Positions 33,978 to 46,287 of a DNA stretch of 64,000 nt are shown one piece after another. A program made the translations under genes and the position numbers. The first letter of the stretch is position 1, and each line of letters begins with the position of its first letter. The notes under the pieces were generated by a model. The model was not told the origin of the DNA and searched no databases. It saw only the letters and a list, made by a program, of their open reading frames with translations. Source of the stretch: Eledone cirrhosa (taxonomy: Eukaryota); the NCBI GenBank assembly GCA_964016885.1, contig OZ024741.1, positions 355,818,001 through 355,882,000 on the forward strand. Reading direction: 5' to 3'.

Positions 33978-34589
33978 TGGTGACCTGATGTTTTAAAAAA
34001 AAAAATAAAAAAAAAAGAATGGGAAATAGTACCATGTGTATATAAAAAAAAAAAGAGAGAGAAAAAAACATTTAATACAGAACAACACACTTGATTCTGT
34101 TATGGCTATATTGACCGATCTAAACATATTTCTCTGTAACATTTAACATCAAACTCTTCATATGTGCAAAACGAACATCCACACAAACAGCAATTGTATG
34201 AATATTTTTGCTTCTTTTTTTCTCCTTTTCTTCTTTTTTCTCTTCTTTGGCTAAACATTTTGAGGATGACAAGATGGCGGCTTTCTTCTCCATCAATAGT
34301 GTTTTTGGCACGAAATAGTCCGCCATGTTGGATTTAGTTTTAAGTTCCCTGCCTATACCTTATTAATAACATCGCTCGGTTAGTCGCTCCTTTGCATATT
34401 GTCCCGGATGCATTATTTTTCCTGTCCAGTTGTTTGACAGAGAAAAATAAGCGATTTTGTTTTCTTTTTCTGTTGTGTTGAAGACATTTTTCCAAACGGA
34501 GACGATTTTTTTTGTTTTTGGCAAACTACCTACGGCATAACAATGGCATCTCATTCAGCCATTATGGCGATGTAGGAGTCCATTCAGGA

Positions 34590-36100
34590 ACTCACCCTGG
34601 AGCTCCAGAAGATGAAGGCCTGGTGTGGTGCCCGTTCGCGCCCCCGCCACCGCGGGAGATCGCAATCTTATAGACGTCGTTCCAAGTCACCAGGTTCATC
34701 TTTATGCTGGTACCATGAACGATTTGCCGAGAGCGCGAACCACTGCGTGCAACCTTGCTCGTTTCATAAGGCTTGAAACGCCTAAGAGGTCCGCTGATGG
34801 GGCAGTTGATCTCAACATAAAGCCACCAAACCGCCATTTCTTCATTAAGGACCTTATGTCGGGAAGAGGTTTCCTCGTGGATACAGGAGCCTCCTGTAGT
34901 ATTTGGGCGGTCCATTGCCTGAAAGATACCCCCGTAGAGTCATCCGTTACTCTGGAGGTAGTTAATCACTCGTCTATAAAGACGTACGGGCAAATCTCGC
35001 TTCCTCTCAAATTCCTAAATCTTCGTAGGGATTTCAAGTGGATTTTTACGGTTGCCGATTTGCCATACTCTATCTTAGGAGCGGATTTCCTCCACAACTT
35101 CTCTTTGACTGTGGTCGTCCGTGGCCAACGCCTGGTGGATGACATCACCGGTTTTTCAATTCGTGGCCGGAAAGCCAATGCTCCAACAGTCAGCTCCATA
35201 TTCTTCATCGCTGCCGCTGGAGACGCCTACCATTCGTTGTTAGGTTCTTTCCCGGAGCTCACCGATGGAAATTGTCGAGTCACTGAGCCAACACACACAA
35301 TTGAACATTTCGTTTTCACCACCACCGGTGCTCCAGTGTTTTCGCGTCCACGCCGCTTACCGGCGGACAAATTAAAAACAGCACGGTCCGAGTTCGACCA
35401 CATGCTGCAGCTGGGCATCATTCGCCCATCTACGAGTCCTTGGGCTTCACCGTTACACATGGTGCCCAAGACTTCCGGCGACTGGAGACCCACTGGGGAT
35501 TACAGGAGGTTAAATGCTATGACAGACCCGGATAGGTATCCCATTCCCCATCTCCAGGATTTCGCATCTTCACTGCAGGGGTGTAAGATTTTCTTAAAAC
35601 TAGATTTAGTGCGAGCCTACCACCAAATTCCGGTCAGGAAGGAAGATATTCCGAAAACGGCGATTACAACTCCTTTCGGATCCTTCGAATTTTTGGCCAT
35701 GCCTTTCGGACTGAGGAACGCCGCTTGCACTTTTCAGCGGTTCATAGACGAAGTCACTCGTGGTCTGGACTTCGTTTATGCTTACATAGACGATATTCTC
35801 GTCGCTAGTTCCTCTCTGGAAGAGCATATGCGCCACATGCATCTCTTATTTCGGCGACTTCAGGATTACCGCGTTCGTGTGAATCCAGCAAAGTGTGTTT
35901 TCGGTTCCACTTCGCTAATTTTTTTAGGCCACCTCATCGACGCCGAAGGTATTAGGCCGCTCCCTCAGCGAGTTCAAGCCATACAGGATTTACCTCCGCC
36001 TACTACACTTCACCAGTTGCGTCACTTCTTAGGCCTAATCAATTTCTATAGGCGTTTCGTTCCTCATTGTGCTATCTTCCCTTACTGACATTTTGCGAAA
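34590..36100 (+). pseudogene. Gypsy (CsRn1/Kabuki-like) gag end plus protease-RT, truncated before RNase H
   Basis: Gag CHCC motif [19 protein letters not shown], protease FLVDTGA, and [46 protein letters not shown]. Confidence 0.9.
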
Positions 36101-36368
36101 GGGCGTCCAATAGGCCGCCAAATACAGTATTTTATTATTAATAATTTAGCATTAAAAAATATATATTTATTGCCACGAAAAAAGCCATAAAAAAGTCGCG
36201 GGAGATATTTACAATTCCGCGAACATGCGGTGGTTTCCTCGAACAATTATTAGTTAGGTTCTAAGGAAAATCGGGCGAATAACCGGGACTGCGAATGCCG
36301 GAGGTACACTGTATATGTGTGTATGTGTATATATCTATATCTATCCATCTCTCTCTATATATATATAT

Positions 36369-36817
36369 ACTAGACCTGAAAAATGCGCAAGCTCAAAAGA
36401 GCCACAGAATGTTATAATAAACCTTCAAAAGTGTGGGACTAGAGTTGTTGCTAAAAAATATTGTAATTATTATCTATCGTACACTCTGTGGCATCCTTTT
36501 ATAAAAAAGAGACTCATAACAAACTCAAGACGACGCGATAATTATTTAAGCTAATGTTCAATATCTCATATTAGATGTTTAGTAATGATTAATACGAAAT
36601 GCACTTAAACCGAATTCTATATTATAAATTCACTTAAATAATTATCGTGTCGTCTTGAGTTCATTATGAGTCTCTTTTTTTTTATAAAAGGATGCCAGAG
36701 AGTGTACGATAGATAATGATTACAATATTTTTGAGCAACAACTCTAGTCCCACACTTTTGAAGGTTTATTATAACATTCTGTGGCTCTTTTGAGCTTGCG
36801 AATTTTTCAGGTCTAGT
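36369..36817. repeat. Fold-back with ~182-bp arms and an ~82-bp spacer
   Basis: 36369-36550 versus 36633-36817. Confidence 0.9.
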
Positions 36818-37949
36818 TTAATGTTTTTAAGCCAACGCTTGTAATAACTCTAGTTAAACATGATATATATTAATAATAAATTATCGTTGTAATGTAATTA
36901 GATTATATAATTGTTATTTTATAAATGATCTTATAAATATTATTGTAAGATGTATAAAAATATTTTCAGACTTTTAATATAAACAACTACAAAAAACAAT
37001 CAATATTAAATAAATATATTTTACATAATAATTGTTATAGTTGAATTAATAAAAATTAAATATTACATACACATAGTCTAACATAATAATAATAAAATAA
37101 TCTTACATAAAACGAACAATAATATGGACAAATATACAAGTAAATATGATACAACCAATATTATAAGCATGTTATAACGAACTGAAAAAAAAATAGTTAA
37201 TATAAATTTTAAAAATCATATATAAATTAACAATATAACTTACCAAAACGAGAAAAATATTTTGATGATAAACGACGAAATACAGGAGGAAGATTAAAAA
37301 GCGAAACGATAAATAAACGATAAATAAAATGGCGGATGCTTTTGAGCAACAATTACTCTCGTTGGTTGATTAGCCAATAAGACGATGAAATTAGCCAATA
37401 AGACGATACATTACAACAGATACCCCTTGTATGTCAGACACGCAGACTTAAACATTCTGTTGTTAGTCACTGCGTGTCTAACAGATAGCTTCACACTCAC
37501 CAGTTCTTCTTTAGAACTCTGCCACCACCATCACACACACACACACACACACAAACACAAACTCCCTGATACTACCCACAATTCCTTCCTCACTACAGTC
37601 ATACTTACCTACACGGATACACCTCTCCAATACAACTCGTCTTTCGAACTCCTGGATTTTGTCCACCTCGGAATGTACACATATACACACATGCAACCAG
37701 AAACCACACACCTCTGCCAAACACGTATACCAGAACACACACGCTCACACATATGTAGGAAGAAACCTCTCCACCAACACACTTAACACCTATACACAAG
37801 CAAACGCACCATAATGTGCACCCCACCTACACACAAACCCCACAGCACGTCGACCTTCTTCCTCCCAGCACCCCACTTAAGACACGGTATCACTCCCCTC
37901 TCCCCTCCTAATTTTTCTTAATTTTATTTATATATATATATATATATAT

Positions 37950-38302
37950 GATGTGGTTGAGAGGAAGAGCAAAGCTTGGGCGGCGTGCCTCAGTTTGAGA
38001 TCGGTGTGGAAGTCGGACCTTCGTAAAGACCTGAAGATCCGTCTCTTCGTTGCTGTAGTGGAGTCTGTGCTACTGTACGGGTCTGAGACTTGGACACTGA
38101 CCAAGAAACTCACTCAGATGGTAGATGTGTGCTACACGAGAATGCTGAGGATGGCTCTGAACATTAATAAGTATACACTGAGGATGAAGAACTCAGAGCT
38201 GTACAGGTCTCTTGGTCTCTTGGATACGCACGACTTGGCAGCGATGATAAGGGACAGAGACCGCTGGAGAGAACTCGTCCATGGATCTCGGGAATCTTAC
38301 CC

Positions 38303-38307
<5 letters not shown>
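37950..38307 (+). mobile_element. RTE/RTEX-like 3' fragment inserted in (TA)n
   Basis: LLYGSETW...RDRDRWRELV; homologous to 24612-24980. Confidence 0.85.
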
Positions 38308-38345
<38 letters not shown>

Positions 38346-38346
<1 letters not shown>

Positions 38347-40372
38347 TGGTTACACAACAGTTAGTTCACCATACCGGGAACAATTGTTTCACCTTAGCGG
38401 ATCCTCAGCTCGGAATGGGCATGGTTATAGGAACAGGAAGGACAACCGTACGAACGCACATGCGCAGAAACCCGGTCACTTCACACAGGCGATACTAGAC
38501 TGCGTGCGAGAGGTGTAAGGGAGATAACTGCGAAAGTCCGAAAAGTTTTTAGGTTGAAAATAAAATTACAAAGAATCAGTCCGGAGCCTTGTAGTTATGC
38601 AATAGGTGTTTGGCGACGTGTGGACAACGTGTGAAAAATTCACTTCTCGTGTTTAGGCAATCACTATTGCGTAATCTCTTTAGAATAGTTATTCGTTTGT
38701 CAATAAATAAGCCACACGTCGGATTTCCCCTTGCGTATGGCTTGGACTTAGTGATAGCTTTCCATTGAATGGAGTAGTCTATACTTGAGTCCTTGAGGGA
38801 CCATACGTGGCTCGCGAGTTTCGTGGATGAACGTCTGTCCGGGCACCTGAAGGTAGACTGGTGGTTCAGGAAACGTTCCTTCGGGTACCCGGACAGACGT
38901 TCATCCACGAAACTCGCGAGCCAGGTATGGTCCCTCAAGGACTCAAGTATATTGCATGTGCGACCATTTTTCTTACCTGATTATTGTTTTGGGGGGTCCG
39001 TATAGCTTTGGTCCACCCAATTCACCTTCCCATGGGAGTCTTTTTTGCCATTGAGGTTATGGTGGGGGGGAGGTGGCTACTGGAGCAGAAACGTCTAAGG
39101 TCATGGCTGTCTAGGTAGTCAGTGTCATAGGTAAGTCTAAGTAGGAGGCCCAGTTCGTCTGTGTCGACGTCGCAGAACTCCACCTCACTCTCAATGATCA
39201 TCTCCACACATTTTTCCACAGCAAAATCAATGTTAATGGATGAGTACAGTGATACCACATCCATACTGCCTATTATGCAGTTGGATAGGTTCCTGTTTTT
39301 GTTGCACTCACTGATTCTGCTGAGGAGGTCCTCTGTACTGTCACATACATCTGGGGACATCTTGATTATGGGGCGTATAACCATTGAAAGGAAGTAGGAG
39401 ATCCTGTAGTTGCTAGCTATATTTGCTCCGCATACAGGTCTTGTTGGTGGTCCTGTTGTCGGGTCGTCGACTGTCTTGTGGTCTTTGCGGAGCCCATACA
39501 AGGGTGGTATGCCATTGTTAGACGCCTGGAAGTTGTTAGCAGTGCGTCTGCTTGGCTTTAGGATGTCGGTCCACATCATCATGTGAGCGTTGAGGATTTT
39601 CTCTCTCCCATCATGTATTTGCTGTGTAATTTCGCTCGTGTTGGTGATGTGGGGTTGCATAGCCTTGATGTAGTTCGGCATGATGTCTATTGACATCCTA
39701 CCAGACTTATCCGTGGGTAGATATACTACCTCACCATCCCTTGTGCGCTGCTTGAGGCTAACCAAGCCTTCTACAGGTTTCCTCCCAAGTTGTTGGACCT
39801 CTGGTCTGCTCTGTCTCTTAGTATACCGGTCTACTATTTGTCTAATCTTATTTCTAGCTATGGTGAACTGTGCCTCTGTCTCGTCATCTATTTGTTGTGG
39901 TATGCAAACCCTTTTATTAAAGGGTAACCTCGTAGGATAGATATTATCCATCTTATATGTTTTGTCAGCTGGATTGAAGAATAGTTTCTCTAGGGGTTAT
40001 CATTATATCTATCGTCATAGTTGTGTGTGTTGCTATTATTGTTATTATGGTGGTTGTTGTTGTTCCTATTATTAGCATTATTATTATTGTTATGATTGCT
40101 AGATGTATTGTTGCTGTGATTGTTAGATGTAGTTGTTGTTTTCTCCACCGTTATTGTTGTTGTTACTGTTATTTCTACCATTGTGGTTGTTACTTTTATT
40201 ATATTTCTTATTTTTGTTGTTGTTGTGTCTATCATTAATGTTGCTACATATATTATTTCTATTATTACTACTGTGGTTGTTGTTGTTGTTACTCGTATTA
40301 TTACCATTATTACTACTGTGGTCGCTGCTGCTGTGTCTGTCGTCAATGTTTCTATTATTATCATTGTGGTTG
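38346..40372 (-). mobile_element. Penelope-like element 2, internally deleted
   Basis: ORF 39022-39951 has PTDKSG, PPLYGLRKDHK, TRPVCG and SMDVVSLY. ORF 38576-38938 is the GIY-YIG C-terminus (KERFLNH..F, LASHVW.LK, LN.RSE...C.H). Low-complexity N-terminus. (TA)n flanks. Confidence 0.85.
38374..38413 (-). ncRNA. Minimal type I hammerhead in the pLTR of Penelope 2
   Basis: CCGAG-CTGAGGA-TCCGCTAAGGT-GAAA-CAATTG-TT-CCCGG with palindromic stem III. Confidence 0.7.
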
Positions 40373-40711
40373 TATATATATATATATATATATCAGGTTG
40401 TTTTTTCATATATGAGTGTTTGAATTACTTTTTACTAAAAAAAAAGGGCTCACGAAGGCTTTTTTGAAAAAAATGTAATTTGATTGGTTATAAATGAAAT
40501 TATGGCTGTCACATGAACAAGTTCCGCGCCCGAATTTGGAACTTTCTTTTGTAGCCATTTAGAGAATTTTATGACAAGCAAAAGATAATGGTCAAGAGAA
40601 ATGGGATGGGAGAATTGTTCTGGTTCAGTGAATATAGCTAGTTCACTGGGGTGTCAGAGTTCAGATTTTCTATTGAAATAAAGAAAGTAGACATATGTAT
40701 GTTTATTTGTA

Positions 40712-40756
<45 letters not shown>

Positions 40757-41059
40757 GAAGATGATTCTATTGGTAGAAATGGGGGAGGTAGTTGTGTGTG
40801 TGTGGGGGAGTATGTTAAGATGGAGAGAATATATATATATTGTGTGTGTGTGCGTAGGAAAGTGATTCTATTAGTAGAAATGGGGAGGGAGTTGTGTGTG
40901 TGTGTGGGGGGGGGGTGTTATGTGTGTGTGTGTATGGGTGTTATGTGTGTGTGGGAGTATGGTTAGCATGTTAAGATTAAGAGAATATATATTTTGTGTG
41001 TGTGTGTATGTGTGTGTATGTGTGTGTGTGTGCGTGTGTGTGCGTGTGTGTGTGTAGGA

Positions 41060-43816
41060 AAATGATTCCGTTAGTAAGAATATTTTTGAATGAACATATT
41101 TTCCTTACTTATTCGTATTTGTTCTGTTGTATTGTCAGCGCAAACGTATGTTAAGGTTTATTTAGTTCGGGTTTTTATTTTCTAAAATAGAAGGTGTTAT
41201 GTGTGTGTGTATGTGTCTGTTTGGATGGTTAGCATGTTATGGTGTTGACATAATGTATATTAAACCATATTTAATGCTGGTCTATATTTTTGAATAAACA
41301 TATTTTCCTTATTTATTCGTATTTGTTCTGTTGTATTGTCAGCGCAAAGGTAAAATGGGAAGACTTGGAATTTGGGTGTCTTATTACTTGCGCAAATGTC
41401 TAGATGTGCGCTTAGTGGTATCTGTCTCGTGGTTGGATCTCGTAATTGTTGGCGATGAACTGTCATTCTATTTCTGAGTGTGAGTTTAATTTGTCCTATA
41501 TAATCTTCATTGCATCCTTTACATTTAATGGCATAAAGTAGATTTTTTGTTGAGCAAGTGAAGTGACTTTTACAGCAAAATTTTGTCCTGATTTAAATGC
41601 ATACGTGTTGCCTTCGATGAGGTGAGTGCAGGTTCCACAATTAGAGCGACCACATTTTTTGACAGTTGGTTGTAGGTTTGTGGTAGGTAATTTGGCATTG
41701 GTGAATAATGTTTTCAGTTATTTAGGTTGTCTTTTGCTTTTGATTATTTCGTGTGTTTCAAGGGCTTTTTTCATTCTTGGGTCTTGTTTCAGTAGTGGGA
41801 TGTTCTTGTGAATAGTGTTGTAAGCTTCCGCATTTCTTGGGTTGTGTGTTGAGATATATAATAGAATATTGGACGTACCCTGAATTTGTTTATGTTTTCG
41901 TAATTCATCAATGCCTATTACTTTAGCCCTTTCTATTCCATTATTTATTAGTAATGGTGGGTACTGTCTTTCGAGTAGAATTTTCTTTAATTCTTGAAGT
42001 CTTTTATTTCGCGTTTCATAATTGGAGACAATTGTGCAAATTCTTCTTGCTAGGTTAAAAGGAATGTTCGTCTTCGTGTGCTTTGGATGGTTGGAGGTGA
42101 ATAGCAGGTATTGTTTGGAATCTGTTGGTTTGTAGTGTATGTCAGTTTCAATATTTGTGTCTTTTTTTAAGATTAAGATGTCCAGAAATGGGAGTTGATC
42201 TTGGCTGTATTCCATTGTGAATTGGATGTGGTTATTGATGCCGTTTATTAAATTTTTGAAATCATTCAGTTGGTCGAGTGTGTGAGGCCAAAGAATGAGA
42301 CAATCATCCAAGTAGCGTTTCCAATTCTCTGATAAATATTTGTGGAAGTTCAATCCGTATTTTGATTTGGACTGTTCATAAATCTGGACTTCTAAGTATG
42401 CCATGACTAAGTTGGCATAAGTCGGAGCGGCTTTTGTACCCATCGCAGTCCCCGATATTTGCTTGTAAGTACTGCCATCGAAATCAAAAAAGTTGTTCTG
42501 TAAGATAAATTTTAATCCCTCGGTGATGAAGCTTTTTCCTATTCTGTGAGGTATCTCATTGGGATATTTCTCTAGCCAGAATTCTATTGCTTGTAGTCCG
42601 TATTGGTGTGGGATCGTTGTGTAGAGATTCACTACATCGAAAGACACAATAATAGTATCGTTGTTGACATATTTGGGGAGGTGGTTTAAGAGGTCCAGAT
42701 CGTCTCTTACAAGGCTTGGTATGTGTTTGAGAATTGGTTTTAGTAGTATGTCTATAAAGTTGCTCAGTCTGTGTGTTTCACATTGTGGGCCCGCTACAAT
42801 TGGTCTTAATTTAAGGTCTGTGGGGTATTGTGTGTTCACGCAGGCTGAGGTGGATTGTTTACAGGCATCGTTAATTATTTTACACTTGTGGATCTTCTTT
42901 TGTATTCAAAATGTGTTAAATAATCGCGTTCCTTTTTAGTTAAGTCTTCCTGGTATCGACAAATCAGTGTGTTTAATCTGGTCATTGTTTTTCATTGCTG
43001 GTAGTTTTTTACTCTTTCATAGTAATTAGTATTTTGTAAGAGAGAGAGCATAGAATTTTCATATTTTTCAGCATCCGTAATGACAACAGTACTTCCCTTG
43101 TCCGCTTCCTTAATTATAATGTCCGTATTGTTTTTTAGTTCATGGATAATTTCCCATTCCCTTCGACTCGTGTTGGGTATGGGTTTAGGTTGCGGTAGTT
43201 CATGGTATGGGAAAGTGGCTATGTGGTCACAAAATTTGTCCAGAACCCTGTTTCTACCTTTTGTTGGGTTGTAGCTGCTTTTATTCCGTACAAATGATTG
43301 GTCGTTATTCTCCTTGTCAAAGAATTCCTCTGTGAGACGTAATTTTCTACAGAAGTGTGAGATATCGTCATTTATCTCATTGAGGTTAGAGTATTGTGGT
43401 GTTGGTGTGAATTTCAGTCCTTTGGAGAGAATTTTTACTTTAGAGAGGTTCGTATTTGAATGGTTGATTATTTTCGGTTTTTCAAAATCGGTTTGTGCCA
43501 CCGGGTGTCATGGGTCCTGTAGCCTTGGTCTAAAAAATGATTTTTCTGGAATGTTTTTTCAATGGTATTACTATATCTAATGGCATTTCCCCTGTTGTTG
43601 TATGGTCTTGTATAGAAGTTTCACACGTATTGAGGCTCGGTTTGTTGATATTCCGGGTTGTAGATTTTGTTCCTTTGTGTGGGTTGGGATCTACGATTTT
43701 GGAACAGGCTCTGTGTGGGCAGGGGTCTACGGTTTTGGAATAGGTTTTGTGTGTGTTGTGATCTGCGGATCGGGTCCTATCTTGTGTTGGAGGATCTTCG
43801 ATTTTTGTTAGTAGGG

Positions 43817-43817
<1 letters not shown>
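41060..43817 (-). mobile_element. Penelope-like element 3 (Neptune-like, with Cys linker), frameshifted
   Basis: LSKGLKFTPTP, IKEADKG, LRPIV, SFDVVNLY, GTAMG, RYLDD and LPFLD. Linker KCGRSNCGTC. GIY-YIG LYAIKCKGCNEDYIGQ..RMTVHRQQ. A short duplication of the 3' end lies at about 41080-41145. Confidence 0.92.
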
Positions 43818-43883
<66 letters not shown>

Positions 43884-43927
43884 TGAAAAAGAACAAAGGA
43901 ACTATTATGACATTATAACAAGTTTAT

Positions 43928-43974
43928 TGCCGACAGCCGTTTCGTCCGACCCCATGGTGGGACTTATCAAGGCA
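43928..43974 (-). ncRNA. Type I hammerhead, U3-A8 core variant
   Basis: TGCC-TTGATAA-GTCC-CACCATGGGGTC-GGAC-GAAA-CGGCTG-TC-GGCA, overlapping an AATAAA. Confidence 0.8.
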
Positions 43975-44902
43975 TATAACATGTGATTGCAAGATCATTG
44001 TTTACATCAACGTATCACTCAAGGCTAGCAGTTTGAAATTGTTGTATACATCAGCAACTCCGCTTTAAGGGGGGGGGGGGGCTCTTTTATATTAGTTGTC
44101 GGGGTCAGGGATTGAAGTTTAAAAATTAGACAAAAATATATAATTCACGCATCAACATTAAACCAAAAGACTTGGGGTCCCGTAGAAGCACCTCAGAAAA
44201 TCCCTCAATGAGTGCATAAAGCTTACAGGCTCCAATACACCTATTAGTCTAGAAGAAAATTAAGAGGCTAATAAAATAAGAAAATAAAAATATAAAGTTT
44301 CCCTAAAAAATATATAGAGTTCCTATGAAATTTCTTCTAGAGAAAAAAATTTTTTCCGAAAGAAAAAAACCTTCTTCCCCCGAGATCACGTTTACAAAAT
44401 TCAGAAAACTGAATTGAAAACTAGGTTGAAAGAAACTAATCAATTAGAGGTTAATTCAGAGAGCCTTCCATAAATCTCTCAGAAAAGGCCCCTTTACTAT
44501 TTCCAATAGGAACCTCTTCCGAGAGACCCTTCGAAGAATTAAAATTTTAGAGAGCCTTTGAGGATAAATATAAAAACGAATTGAGGAAAATTATACATTA
44601 AAAGTTAAAAATTAAAAATTACGGTATTTGGGATATCCGAGGAATTTTCAAAGGGCTGCCTCAACAGATACAACTTAGGCATAATAGGTACAATAATCTA
44701 AGCAACTTAAGCAATTTAATTAGGGAGCAATTCAAGGAGTTTATCAAGTTGGGCAAGATTAAAGAAAGTGGTAACTAAGAAAATACATAAGCAAAAAGAC
44801 AATAATCATAAAATGTATCCTTAAGAAGGTACAAGGTAGCTTCAGTGATCTAACCCTGTATTATCACAAAAAAACATTCTAAAATTATTGATACAGGATT
44901 AA

Positions 44903-45053
44903 AAATTATTACAAAATCATTACAAAATTACCACAAAATCATTACAAAATTATCAAATCATCACAAAATTACCACAAAATCATTACAAAACTATCAAATT
45001 ATCATAAAATTATCGCAAAATTATTACAAAATTATCATAAAATTATTACAAAA
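44903..45053. repeat. Imperfect ~11-bp minisatellite (AAAATYAYYAC)n
   Basis: aaaattattac aaaatcattac aaaattaccac... Confidence 0.8.
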
Positions 45054-45649
45054 ATATAACAGGATGAACATTACTGGTGACCGTGTGGGCGCGATATCCA
45101 TTCTGCCTATGCAGTCCCCTGCACAGCTCCAGGCACGATATCCACTAGGCGTAAGCAGTCATCTGCATAGCTCCAGGCGCAGCTGGTCTTGTTTAAACGT
45201 TCATAGATCACCTGGGGTTCACTATTATCTGCGTGGACTCTCTGGGAGATGTACCTGTGGATCTAATAGCCAGTGGTTGCCGGATGTGGTCCGTTCGATC
45301 CTTTAGTTTCAGGGGTTGAACGCTTTCGCGATAGACGAGCCTGCTGGCTCTAAGTCCAAGGTTTCGCCACGCATGATGTACTGGTCCACATGCTATATTG
45401 TTAAAAAACCAGTGTGGATTTGACTGGGGTGGTGTCCCACCATGGGGTCGGACGAAACGGCTGTCGGCAATAAACTTGTTATAATGTCATAATAGTTCCT
45501 TTGTTCTTTTTCACTAATATTTCTGCTCTGCGTATACGCATAGAGCTTAACTAGCTACCGTCACATATTTGGTAAGTCAGACGTGATCATCGCGATTCAC
45601 ATACGACCTACCATACATCTTACTTATATATATATATATATATATATAT

Positions 45650-46112
45650 AAACGGAAAAAATGAAACGAAATTTCATTTCCCACTCTTAGTACGGCTGTT
45701 ACTTAAATATAAGTATGTACACGTATATACATATATGTATACAGACGTACAGTAGTATGTATATATATATACATACATGCACACCTATATATATATGTAC
45801 GTATGGATTCACCGAACAATTATTATAATGCTCGGTGTGTTTGTAAACAAACATCCCGTATTAAGCCGTAGTGTCCAGTAACCATCGTTGCTCGTTTGTT
45901 CAACACTGACAAAGGAACGCTGCACTAGTTTCAAGCTTATTAGCTATCGTCAGCAACGTATACCTTCCTGCCAGATTGTTGAACGTATATACTTACCTTA
46001 CTAAGAGTGGGAAATGAAATTTCGTTACATTTTTTCCGTTTATCGTTTTCGGTGCACCCGGCCGATTAACCCACTCGATATGCAAATTGGGCTACTCAGC
46101 CGTTAATATGCA
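45650..46112 (-). mobile_element. Diverged copy of the 431-bp hammerhead repeat: an inverted unit plus a forward partial unit
   Basis: 45650-45995 is the reverse complement of the 26850-27205 unit. 46000-46112 matches 27163-27277 in the forward sense. Confidence 0.8.
45917..45959 (-). ncRNA. Hammerhead with GUG cleavage triplet, likely inactive
   Basis: ACGTTG-CTGACGA-TAGCTAATAAGCTT-GAAA-CTAG-TG-CAGCGT. Confidence 0.65.
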
Positions 46113-46138
46113 ATAACATTTGTGTTTTCATCAGATAA

Positions 46139-46268
46139 AATAGGAAGACATGATATGAAGGTTAAAAAACACTTGTGAATAGTGCAGTTTTAAATCAACA
46201 ATCATGTGTTGATTTAAAACTGCACTATTCACAAGTATTTTTTAACCTTCATATCATGTCTTCCTATT
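46139..46268. repeat. Near-perfect hairpin with ~62-bp arms
   Basis: aataggaagacatg...aaatcaaca / tgttgattt...catgtcttcctatt. Confidence 0.92.
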
Positions 46269-46287
46269 AGATAGATAGCTAGCTATA

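Larger units (their letters stand above)
43882..45625 (-). mobile_element. ORF-less element with a hammerhead and an 82-bp inverted partial terminal repeat (non-autonomous Penelope-like)
   Basis: 43882-43963 is inverted against 45434-45515. Bounded by (TA)n. No credible ORF. Confidence 0.65.

Noticed and set aside
36123-36313. Possible pogo-like MITE (TACAGT...ACTGTA)
   Set aside because: The inverted match is only about 6-8 bp, which is insufficient.
37385-37920. 133-aa ORF
   Set aside because: CA-rich low complexity with no recognisable domain; probably a decayed repeat.
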